Virus record (IMG/VR): IMGVR_UViG_3300010148_000038
Span: 1 to 37,918 of that record
Source of the DNA: a virus
Lineage: Duplodnaviria > Caudoviricetes
Direction: 5' to 3' (one strand)
Length of the DNA stretch: 37,918 nt
Position numbers and translations under genes: made by a program. Positions 28,159-35,941 of this stretch are shown here, one piece after another; position 1 is the first letter of the stretch; every line of letters begins with the position of its first letter. Below the pieces are notes generated by a model. That model made no database searches. It was not told the DNA's origin and saw only the letters and a program-made list of their open reading frames with translations.

Positions 28159-29661
28159 TTACTCCAACGGTCTTCTTGCTACTATGTCGTCTATCCTTAG
28201 AATAGAGTTAGTGACTTCACTTGCACTCAATACTGCTTGACGGACAAGTTCAGTAGGCTCAAAGACACCCATAGATGCTAAGTCCTTTACTCCGCCATCT
28301 TCTACATTCGGTCCAAAATTGACATTACCTCTAAGTATCTCATGTCTCATAGCGAGTATGGTATCTAATGGGTCATGTCCGGCATTCTCGGATATAGTGG
28401 CAGGTATGACTTCTAATGCGTCTGCAAAGGCTTCTATAGCCATCTGCGCTCTACCACCTATCTGTGCGGCGTGTTGCCTCAAATGAGATGCCATACGAGC
28501 ATATGCTATTCCACCACCGATAACGAAGTTCTTGTTCTTTAACACTAAAGATACTACACCGAGTGCATCATCGAATCCTCTCTCTACTTCTTCAAGTGTA
28601 TGACTTGTTGCACCACGAAGAATTAGTGTTGCTTCATTATGTACATTATCACTTTCAACAAACAGATACCATACATCATTATGCTTTTCACGCTTAATTG
28701 ATGCTATGGAAGATTCATCTATTTCATCCGGTGTTTGATATATACTCGCACCTGTAATTCTCGCTAATGCTCTAAGAGATGATTCGGGTACACGGCGTAC
28801 TACCATAATACCATTCTTCTTTAGATACGCACATACATGGTCGTTTACTGCGTCACGAACAAACACTACACCACCTTTAGGTAATGCTTCAACAATGTTC
28901 TTTGCGAGTGAAATTAATGTTGTTTTACCCGACGCTTTGTAAGACTGAAATGACTTTGCATCAAGTTGAACTTGAATATTATCTTCATTCTTTTCATTCT
29001 CAAGACCTGTGTTAATGAGTAGTAGATTACTGTAGGTATCTTCACCATCCAATACATAATCCTTGTTTACAATACTTCCATTGTAAAGGTATGAGTCTTC
29101 AAGTGAGCCACCGGGGAATGATACTACTTTTACGCTTTCTGCATCACCCGCTTTCTCTACTGCTGATACGCATAGTTCTGCTACGGTATCAATAGCATTC
29201 TCTAATGTCTTACCTGTAATAGCCGTTTTAGCAACTGATACCAATGTATTTCTTTTCTTATTAGATAAAGAAATTTCATCGTTAAGGTAATTTATAGCCA
29301 TTTGAGTAGCCTCATGATAACCACGACATATTACATTCGGGTGTAAACCACGCTCAAACAATGCTTCGCTATTAGCCAACAATTGCCCTGCAAGAATAAC
29401 AGTACTTGTAGTACCGTCATAGCATAGGCTTTCTTGGGTCTTAGCGACCTCAACAATCATCTTACCACCGGGATGCGATACATCAAGTTCACGCAATATA
29501 GTAGCACCGTCATTGGTGACTATTACATTTCCGTGTCCATCTAACATTAGTTTATCCATACCCATAGGACCAAGCGTAGATTTTACCGTTTCCGATACTG
29601 TTTTAGCCGCCCTTATGTTATGTATCTGTGCTTTACTTTTCTTACTCTCTATTTCTGTCAT
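28159..29661 (-). CDS. ths: Group II chaperonin (thermosome subunit), about 500 aa
   Basis: Motifs TLGPMGMDKLM, VTNDGATIL, DGTTS, LILRGAT..LEEVERGFDDAL, GGG, FADALEVIP..ENAG, ILRIDDIV. A group II lid segment is present. The start is placed at ATG 29661 (TGATG overlap with the upstream stop). Confidence 0.95.
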   Translation of the reverse strand: MTEIESKKSKAQIHNIRAAKTVSETVKSTLGPMGMDKLMLDGHGNVIVTNDGATILRELDVSHPGGKMIVEVAKTQESLCYDGTTSTVILAGQLLANSEALFERGLHPNVICRGYHEATQMAINYLNDEISLSNKKRNTLVSVAKTAITGKTLENAIDTVAELCVSAVEKAGDAESVKVVSFPGGSLEDSYLYNGSIVNKDYVLDGEDTYSNLLLINTGLENEKNEDNIQVQLDAKSFQSYKASGKTTLISLAKNIVEALPKGGVVFVRDAVNDHVCAYLKKNGIMVVRRVPESSLRALARITGASIYQTPDEIDESSIASIKREKHNDVWYLFVESDNVHNEATLILRGATSHTLEEVERGFDDALGVVSLVLKNKNFVIGGGIAYARMASHLRQHAAQIGGRAQMAIEAFADALEVIPATISENAGHDPLDTILAMRHEILRGNVNFGPNVEDGGVKDLASMGVFEPTELVRQAVLSASEVTNSILRIDDIVARRPLE

Positions 29662-30266
29662 CACCAATCAACCTCTATTGTATTTATTTCTCCTGTTTCT
29701 AAATTCCTCGATTTGATATAACCCTCACTTTTACCAAAATTATACAAATCAAATGTAAGTTGTGCATCACTTAGACAATACTTCGCTACATCGTCGTACT
29801 GCCCTGCCCTCCATGCTATAGGGGCATCCTCACTGTTCATTAACTTATTGTCCTCTAAAGTGGTCTTTGTAAGTATTCCTAATGATGTATCTATCTTACC
29901 GACACTTGATGCGGCCTTTTGAACAAGATGCTTAGTATCAATAATACTTTCAGCCTTACCTAATAAGTCACCCGCAGTATAACAATCAAGAGAATCACGA
30001 AGTACGGGTAAATCAAATCCTTTTATGTTATGACCTATGATTTTACCACCCTTCTCTACATGGTCTGCTAAGTCTTCTCCGAGTGTACGGGGGTGTAATG
30101 CCTTTACTGTGGCATCTATATCTAAACTTTTATTACAATATATAGTACCATTATCGCCATCCCAAGTAGCAACTACCGAAGGGTCAAATGAAGCGGTTTT
30201 ATCCCAACCACCTATCTCCCAAGAATAATTACTTGTTTCAATATCTAATGCTAATATATCACTCAT
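29661..30266 (-). CDS. DEDDy 3'-5' exonuclease, RNase H-like (YprB/RNase_H_2 type), 201 aa
   Basis: ExoI LDIET, ExoII IIGHNIKGFDLPVL, ExoIII YCLSD. The start is placed at ATG 30266, overlapping the upstream stop. Confidence 0.85.
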   Translation of the reverse strand: MSDILALDIETSNYSWEIGGWDKTASFDPSVVATWDGDNGTIYCNKSLDIDATVKALHPRTLGEDLADHVEKGGKIIGHNIKGFDLPVLRDSLDCYTAGDLLGKAESIIDTKHLVQKAASSVGKIDTSLGILTKTTLEDNKLMNSEDAPIAWRAGQYDDVAKYCLSDAQLTFDLYNFGKSEGYIKSRNLETGEINTIEVDW

Positions 30267-31662
30267 GTTTCTTCGCACCCTTTCTACGGAGATAAACTCT
30301 TCCACCACTCATTTTCCGATTGAATAGTTTACTTGAATGGTCTTTAAAGTGCCTTTCTACTGTACTTTTAGAGACACCCACATTATCCATATACATTCGC
30401 CACATGGATGCTTGCCTTCTCCAACCATCACCTTGACCGTCAATTTCATAGCCTGTGCATTCATTGTATACCTTGAGCATATCTTCATGGATTTTACTTT
30501 CTTTACCTTTATTACCACCAATCTCAACTGAATCTTCCAACCAAGATATAAGATTCTTGAATAAGTCAAGAAGTATATCAAAAGCCATATCTACATGTTT
30601 AGCAGTTATCTTCCATTTGTTATCTAATACCGCCATATGGAGGGAGATAATACCGAGATAATTTTCTACCGCCGGAGTAAAGGATGCTACAATCTCGGAC
30701 ATACCGGCTGACATGTTTCTTAGCAAATCAAATATCTCATCGGATGCTTGATAGAGAGCAGTTTCATAGTCATCATCAGCACTAAACATTTCCCACATAT
30801 GCGCCTGTGCTATCTCTTCTTGTTCATCACGACTCATTTCTGTCCATACTGTAAATGATATTTCTGCAAAGTTAAGTAGTCTATCTCTTACTCTCTTTTC
30901 TGTACTTTTAAAATAATCGTATATATCATCCTTAGTCAAATCAGTTTCAATAGGTTTCTTCCAAAAAGTTCCAAGTCTTGTATTACTTACATCTTGCCTC
31001 ATATCCATATCCCAATGTGACCAATAAAGTAATACACGCTGAAAAATACCTTTAGTGAGTACATATTCTTTAACACCCTTTGGTGGGTATGTAGTAATCC
31101 AAAGTGAAACCAAAGATTCACATTTAACTATATCTCCCTTCATAGGTTTAGTTAATACATTTCCACCACTACCTACTGAATTGCATGCGGTTTGAAGATA
31201 AAGTACTGTTTCTTGAGAGTGTTTACCCGGATTAAGAATGATTGACCCTTCATCCACATTCAATCCTTTTCGCCCTTCTAATAAACCTTTGACCTTTTCA
31301 GTACCGACTTGTTGTTTAGTTTTTTCATCATATACGGGTTTATTAGAACCTATCAAACCTGCATCTGTACCTGTAGAATAAAATTCATAATCAAGTTCTG
31401 CATTCTTCATTACATCTCCAATGAAGTTCCATGCAACAGATTTACCTGTTCTTGACGGTTGAATCCAAAATACATGCACTCTTGGGTCAAGGTGTGAATC
31501 CCCCGTAGGTATTCTTACATATGGGAGTAATGCTTGTCCTTGTATGTAAAAGAAAGAAAGTAAACCCGGTATCTCATTCTTCATTGAAGTTTGAGAAAAA
31601 TGGTGTAAGTATGCCTCTAATGTATCAAATCTTTTTAACGCCTCATAATTCTTGTAATTCAT
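30259..31662 (-). CDS. MCM-like AAA+ ATPase/helicase with C-terminal winged-helix-like region (467 aa)
   Basis: HVFWIQPSRTGKS (Walker A), STGTDAGLIGS (MCM-type S/TxAGL), GLNVDEG (Walker B), SLWITTYP (sensor 1), IFQRVLL (Arg finger region), ITAKHVDMA, then VGVSKSTVERHF (HTH-like). Confidence 0.7.
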   Translation of the reverse strand: MNYKNYEALKRFDTLEAYLHHFSQTSMKNEIPGLLSFFYIQGQALLPYVRIPTGDSHLDPRVHVFWIQPSRTGKSVAWNFIGDVMKNAELDYEFYSTGTDAGLIGSNKPVYDEKTKQQVGTEKVKGLLEGRKGLNVDEGSIILNPGKHSQETVLYLQTACNSVGSGGNVLTKPMKGDIVKCESLVSLWITTYPPKGVKEYVLTKGIFQRVLLYWSHWDMDMRQDVSNTRLGTFWKKPIETDLTKDDIYDYFKSTEKRVRDRLLNFAEISFTVWTEMSRDEQEEIAQAHMWEMFSADDDYETALYQASDEIFDLLRNMSAGMSEIVASFTPAVENYLGIISLHMAVLDNKWKITAKHVDMAFDILLDLFKNLISWLEDSVEIGGNKGKESKIHEDMLKVYNECTGYEIDGQGDGWRRQASMWRMYMDNVGVSKSTVERHFKDHSSKLFNRKMSGGRVYLRRKGAKKHE

Positions 31663-31688
31663 ATTATCATCTTCCCTTTCTTTAACAG

Positions 31689-31696
31689 TTTATATA
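31689..31696 (-). promoter_or_regulatory. Candidate archaeal TATA box for the ATPase-exonuclease-chaperonin genes
   Basis: TATATAAA on the - strand lies 27-34 nt upstream of ATG 31662, in one of the few intergenic gaps. The AT-rich background lowers certainty. Confidence 0.45.
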
Positions 31697-31703
31697 TTAA
31701 ATA

Positions 31704-32405
31704 TTATTTTCTAACCCTTCTTTCCTGTCGAACTTCCTCTTCACTCGTTAATACTTTAATTATTAATTTTCTTCGCACTTCGCCAAGTCCTTTAATTTTC
31801 TTTAGTGATTCGGGAAAGCACATCTCTTCTATGCTACCGCACTTCTCAAGTATTCTTTCTGCTATTTCAAGTCCTATACCCGGTATTGTCATTATCATAT
31901 CTAAGCGTAAATCATTACTTCCAACCCTGCGTATAGTTTGCGCCCCATGCCTACTTGCGGGTTTGTGTAGTTTATCGTGCAACTTTACAATGAACTGTGC
32001 GGCCTCACTTGTGTTTGTTGTAAAGAATACTTGGCAATCAAAATCAGCCATGATTCTCGCCATGTACCCTGTGAATGTTTCTTGTAATTGTGATATAGGA
32101 ATGTTAGAGTTAAATTGGTTTCTCATAAAAGTCGCATGTTTTGAAAGTGTACCATGTACTACAAGGAAGAATCTTTCTACATTAGCATCCATATTATCTA
32201 ATTGTTTTTGTAGGTGTCCACTAAACATTGATTGGAAAAAATCAGTGACACTCTTAGCCTCTACAAGCGCACCACCTAATTTGTAGTCACCTACTACCAA
32301 AGCCTGTCTAACTACTGTTAGCCCTGCACTCTTGGCTCGCCTATTAATGGCTTCACAAAGTACGCCTCTTTCATTACTGTCTATTATTAAATCAATTTTC
32401 GCCAT
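31704..32405 (-). CDS. XPF/ERCC4-family structure-specific nuclease with tandem HhH (233 aa)
   Basis: IIDSNE, GDY, VEAKSVTDFFQS, HLQKQL, then IPGIG and IKGLG HhH motifs. The start is placed at ATG 32405, 5 nt after SD AAGGTGA. Confidence 0.85.
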   Translation of the reverse strand: MAKIDLIIDSNERGVLCEAINRRAKSAGLTVVRQALVVGDYKLGGALVEAKSVTDFFQSMFSGHLQKQLDNMDANVERFFLVVHGTLSKHATFMRNQFNSNIPISQLQETFTGYMARIMADFDCQVFFTTNTSEAAQFIVKLHDKLHKPASRHGAQTIRRVGSNDLRLDMIMTIPGIGLEIAERILEKCGSIEEMCFPESLKKIKGLGEVRRKLIIKVLTSEEEVRQERRVRK

Positions 32406-32664
32406 TACTTTCACCTTGAATTTTATGATGAGAACAATAACCATCTATAACAATCACTCTACATCTTTTACCTTTACTGTTTATACCTTTACAAAAAAAC
32501 TTTTCCGGTAAATTATCTCTATCATTCACACAAGCATGACATAAATCAGTTTTACTTTCTCTCCCGTTTATAGGAGGTCGCATCCCCTTACCACAATGTA
32601 TACATTTTCTTGCGTTTATTGTGTGTTTCTTTTCTTCAAAATATTTATCAAATATATTACTCAT
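32392..32664 (-). CDS. Double zinc-finger protein (90 aa)
   Basis: CIHC..CHAC plus CKGINSKGKRC-x7-CSHH. The start is placed at ATG 32664, directly after the primase stop. Confidence 0.65.
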   Translation of the reverse strand: MSNIFDKYFEEKKHTINARKCIHCGKGMRPPINGRESKTDLCHACVNDRDNLPEKFFCKGINSKGKRCRVIVIDGYCSHHKIQGESNGEN

Positions 32665-32665
32665 A

Positions 32666-33760
32666 TTATTTTCCCCAATCTCCACTTCCGTCATAAAATT
32701 GACACTTACCTATACAAAATCCTTCATCATATAGGGTAGTACATGTAGCGTGTGGATAACCCGCCATGACTATGCTCGCAACCTGTTGTTCAGTCACCTC
32801 TTTATTATAATCTACCCAATTTTGCCCTGCACAAAATTTAGATATAATCTTTGAATGTTTCTTTTTATCTTCATTGGATATTTGCCAAGCAGGGAAAAAC
32901 ATACGAAACCTATCTGCTAAGTACGAGGCGAGATGGAATCTCGCTCTATGTGTAGGGTTTCCCCCTCCCAACGCTGCCTGTGATAAGCAGGGTAATATAA
33001 TCACATCATCTAAAAATACTGTAGGTATCTCAATAGGTTTTACATCAGCCATATTCATAATACGGCTCTTAATTATTTTCAGTTCTAATTTATTCTCTCC
33101 GAGTTCAATATACCCCGAATGGCTTTCTTGTGCTTTATCCATATAGTAATCAAAATCACCATTTAAAATATCCTCACTTGAAAGTGGTATACTCCAACAT
33201 TCTCTTCTCGCATTATACGAGTTAGGTATGCGTATCATACCGCTTGTATCGAATGCTACTGTAGGGTCATTACATCTTAGTGTACCTATCTTCTTCTCCC
33301 AAGAGTTAATCAATACCCTACCCGAATGTTTTATCCTTGATAATTCATTTCCACTCTTAGGGCTTAAGGTTTCTTTAAGTGGAATCCATACATGGAAACC
33401 ACCACCACTAAACCATATGAAATGAGATGTATTATCATTCATTAACATTCTATGGAGTCGTTTTACTTCTGTATGAGGTTTTTCAAACTCCACATCTTCT
33501 CCCCCATTCTTGAAATCTTTACAATCAAAATCCATTACAAAGTGATGGATAAGCGGAGTGTTATATTCCACTCTATGGTGCTTAGGTGCTTTAGTTTCAG
33601 TATAACCATAAGCGGTAAAATATACATTACCACTCCCACTCTTACCCTTCCAATAAGATTCTAATTCCTTACTATTCTTAACAAGCCTTCTCCACCCACC
33701 TACTCCCGAACTCGGTAGTTCTAATACTTCACGAGGGAAGTCAATAGGTACAAAGGGCAT
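32666..33760 (-). CDS. Archaeo-eukaryotic primase, PriS catalytic domain fused to a PriL Fe-S domain (364 aa)
   Basis: MDFD (DxD), FSGGGFHVW, D..MIRIPNSYN. The C-terminal LPCL..HRARFHLASYL..TC..GFCIGKC has four Cys like the PriL C-terminal domain. The start is placed at ATG 33760 after SD GGTGA. Confidence 0.9.
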   Translation of the reverse strand: MPFVPIDFPREVLELPSSGVGGWRRLVKNSKELESYWKGKSGSGNVYFTAYGYTETKAPKHHRVEYNTPLIHHFVMDFDCKDFKNGGEDVEFEKPHTEVKRLHRMLMNDNTSHFIWFSGGGFHVWIPLKETLSPKSGNELSRIKHSGRVLINSWEKKIGTLRCNDPTVAFDTSGMIRIPNSYNARRECWSIPLSSEDILNGDFDYYMDKAQESHSGYIELGENKLELKIIKSRIMNMADVKPIEIPTVFLDDVIILPCLSQAALGGGNPTHRARFHLASYLADRFRMFFPAWQISNEDKKKHSKIISKFCAGQNWVDYNKEVTEQQVASIVMAGYPHATCTTLYDEGFCIGKCQFYDGSGDWGK

Positions 33761-33765
33761 AGTAA

Positions 33766-34059
33766 TCACCGTAGCGAAAACAATTTATTATCAAGATGTT
33801 TTTTTATCTCATTATATGTATTAATTATATTTTCTGTTTTAAGTAAAACAGGGTGTATACTGTATACAAACTCATTAGGATGAATTATATGTTTTGTACC
33901 TAAGTCAAAACCGTATTCATCTAATGTGGTTTGTCGCATTACTTTCATATTCCACTTTCTACTTCTAATGCTTTTAGAAACATGTACTCTAACGAGTAAA
34001 TTATCTCTATCCACAAAATCATTCAATACCCTTTCCATTAATGTTGCTACTTCTTGCAT
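33766..34059 (-). CDS. Hypothetical protein with a PIP-box-like motif (97 aa)
   Basis: It abuts both neighbours and has GGAGGA upstream. It contains QTTLDEYGF. Confidence 0.6.
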   Translation of the reverse strand: MQEVATLMERVLNDFVDRDNLLVRVHVSKSIRSRKWNMKVMRQTTLDEYGFDLGTKHIIHPNEFVYSIHPVLLKTENIINTYNEIKKHLDNKLFSLR

Positions 34060-35076
34060 TTATTCTTCCTCCATTCTATCTAAATATTCATCTGTTATTG
34101 TCCAAAACTCACAATGGTCTTCAAAACTACACCATCGGCACTTTAGGTTCTGTTCTTCCATTGGTAATCCCTCTTTGAATCTACCAAGAAAGGGCATAGG
34201 TGGGAAGTCCATATCCATGTGTGCTTTGATAAGTTTAACTAAACTATTCTCTACACTTCTCATAGCATACTTACCCCCGCCCTTTGCGTCTTCATAATGT
34301 ATTGTTGGACCATCACCACCGTTTATGCCTCCACCCGGAAACTCCCACCCCCAATGGGTTATAGGTAAAAATTCTTGATGTGGGCTATGCTCTAACATCA
34401 TTTTGTAAAACGCCATTTCCTTCCTCATTGAACTTGGTTTATTCTTATTGTATTTACCCGTCTTCAATTCCATGAGAGCAAAACCATCATCGTCAGCAAA
34501 GAGTGTATCAATAAATCCGTTCATATGTATAGGTATCTGCTCACCATCAACCTCAACAAACCTTGTTGCTTGTATGTTAGCCTCTACACCTACAGGTCGC
34601 CATTGTTCACCTTCTGTAGAAATCAATCTTGTAAACTGCCAATTCATCCATTGTTCTATTTGTTCATCTTCACCGAACTCATAAGGTGAAGGTGGCGCAG
34701 GTATGACACTAAAGAATAGTTTTCTTGCTTCTGTAGTATCACCTTCATTAATTAACTTTAACACTGATTTTTCTTGTTCGTCGGTGAAATTAGCCCAAAA
34801 CCATTCCATCATATCGTGAACATTGAGTCCTCTAATGTGATGGTCTACTTGTTCTCCACGCATACCTTTGAACTTCTCTATGTAATATTGTTGTGGACAC
34901 CAAGCAAAAGTTCCTATGCTTGACTTTGTGATTCTTATAATACTCCCATCCTGTAGATTAGGATTCCATGCGTATGTGCTACGCTTGTAGGATTCAGCCT
35001 CAAGTTCATTACCTGTTTCTTTTAGGTAATCTTCTATCTTAGGGCGACTATCATCACCATTGGGGTTGAATCTCAT
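34060..35076 (-). CDS. Cas4-like PD-(D/E)xK nuclease with Fe-S cluster (338 aa), not CRISPR-associated
   Basis: CPQQYY, RGLNVH, VEAN, GFIDTL, ELKTG, EMAFY, and C-terminal CRWC-x5-C give the 1+3 Cys pattern. Confidence 0.85.
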   Translation of the reverse strand: MRFNPNGDDSRPKIEDYLKETGNELEAESYKRSTYAWNPNLQDGSIIRITKSSIGTFAWCPQQYYIEKFKGMRGEQVDHHIRGLNVHDMMEWFWANFTDEQEKSVLKLINEGDTTEARKLFFSVIPAPPSPYEFGEDEQIEQWMNWQFTRLISTEGEQWRPVGVEANIQATRFVEVDGEQIPIHMNGFIDTLFADDDGFALMELKTGKYNKNKPSSMRKEMAFYKMMLEHSPHQEFLPITHWGWEFPGGGINGGDGPTIHYEDAKGGGKYAMRSVENSLVKLIKAHMDMDFPPMPFLGRFKEGLPMEEQNLKCRWCSFEDHCEFWTITDEYLDRMEEE

Positions 35077-35116
35077 TCTAACATTCCTCTTATTATATCA
35101 ATCAAGATTCTAATTA

Positions 35117-35479
35117 TCAAATCTTCAACTCCAAATTATTCTGTTTGATTATCTTTACAAGTTTATTATTCAATGATAATATTTTATTTTCTAAGTTGTC
35201 AATATTTTTATTATCATGCTTATATTTATTTAAGACTGAAAGTAATTTAGTATTGATAGTAGTTTCAATTAAATCTTCCATAATAGAATTTACCTTTTCT
35301 AATTTCTCCATCCTATCTTCTAATGCCATTACCTGTGCTTCAAATCTTTTCTTCATATCTAACATAGCCTTAGTATCAGTCTTATGCCCGAAGCATGAAG
35401 GACAGTATTTTTCAACACCGTTTAGACTTTTACATGCAAATTCCACATTACATATAACGCATTTCTTAGTGACGCTCAT
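35117..35479 (-). CDS. Zinc-finger plus coiled-coil protein (120 aa)
   Basis: CVIC..CPSC followed by heptad-like helices. It is coupled to the upstream gene by ATGA. Confidence 0.65.
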   Translation of the reverse strand: MSVTKKCVICNVEFACKSLNGVEKYCPSCFGHKTDTKAMLDMKKRFEAQVMALEDRMEKLEKVNSIMEDLIETTINTKLLSVLNKYKHDNKNIDNLENKILSLNNKLVKIIKQNNLELKI

Positions 35480-35709
35480 TCATTCAACTCCTTTAATAAA
35501 TTTAGAATCTCATTACTTGATGTGACTTTCTTATAGTCCTCAATTAGTCTTTCAACATATACCGCCGCATCCATTAGTTCTTCCTGTAAATGTGTAAGCC
35601 AACCCACTATATCTAAATCGGTTCTTTCCATAGTCACACCATACTTGGCTTTACCTACTTTCGCTCTCGCTTGAATCTTCTTACAAACTTCATCTTCATG
35701 TTTACTCAT
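35476..35709 (-). CDS. Small all-alpha NTP pyrophosphatase-like (MazG-like) protein (77 aa)
   Basis: GKAKYG..WLTHLQEELMDAAVY carries an EExxD motif seen in a common small phage protein family. The function is uncertain. Confidence 0.5.
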   Translation of the reverse strand: MSKHEDEVCKKIQARAKVGKAKYGVTMERTDLDIVGWLTHLQEELMDAAVYVERLIEDYKKVTSSNEILNLLKELNE

Positions 35710-35936
35710 TCTTCATCATCCTCGTAATTCACATACCTTTGCTTTTCAGCATCCCAATATCTACTTGAACGCCCCGTTCTTGATTCTTGAATCCATCTAA
35801 AAGGAACTCTTTTATCTATAAAATCTAAGAATGATTCAGCCTCAATTCTTGCTTCTTCTGCACATCTTTTACAGTGAAACTTACCTTCAAACTCCGGCCT
35901 GTGTACTAACGGCTTTTTACATATAACTCTCTTCAT
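35706..35936 (-). CDS. Hypothetical protein, possible Zn binder (76 aa)
   Basis: C..H..HCKRC motif. The start is placed at ATG 35936 after SD GGTGA. It overlaps the downstream gene by ATGA. Confidence 0.55.
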   Translation of the reverse strand: MKRVICKKPLVHRPEFEGKFHCKRCAEEARIEAESFLDFIDKRVPFRWIQESRTGRSSRYWDAEKQRYVNYEDDEE

Positions 35937-35941
35937 TTTAA

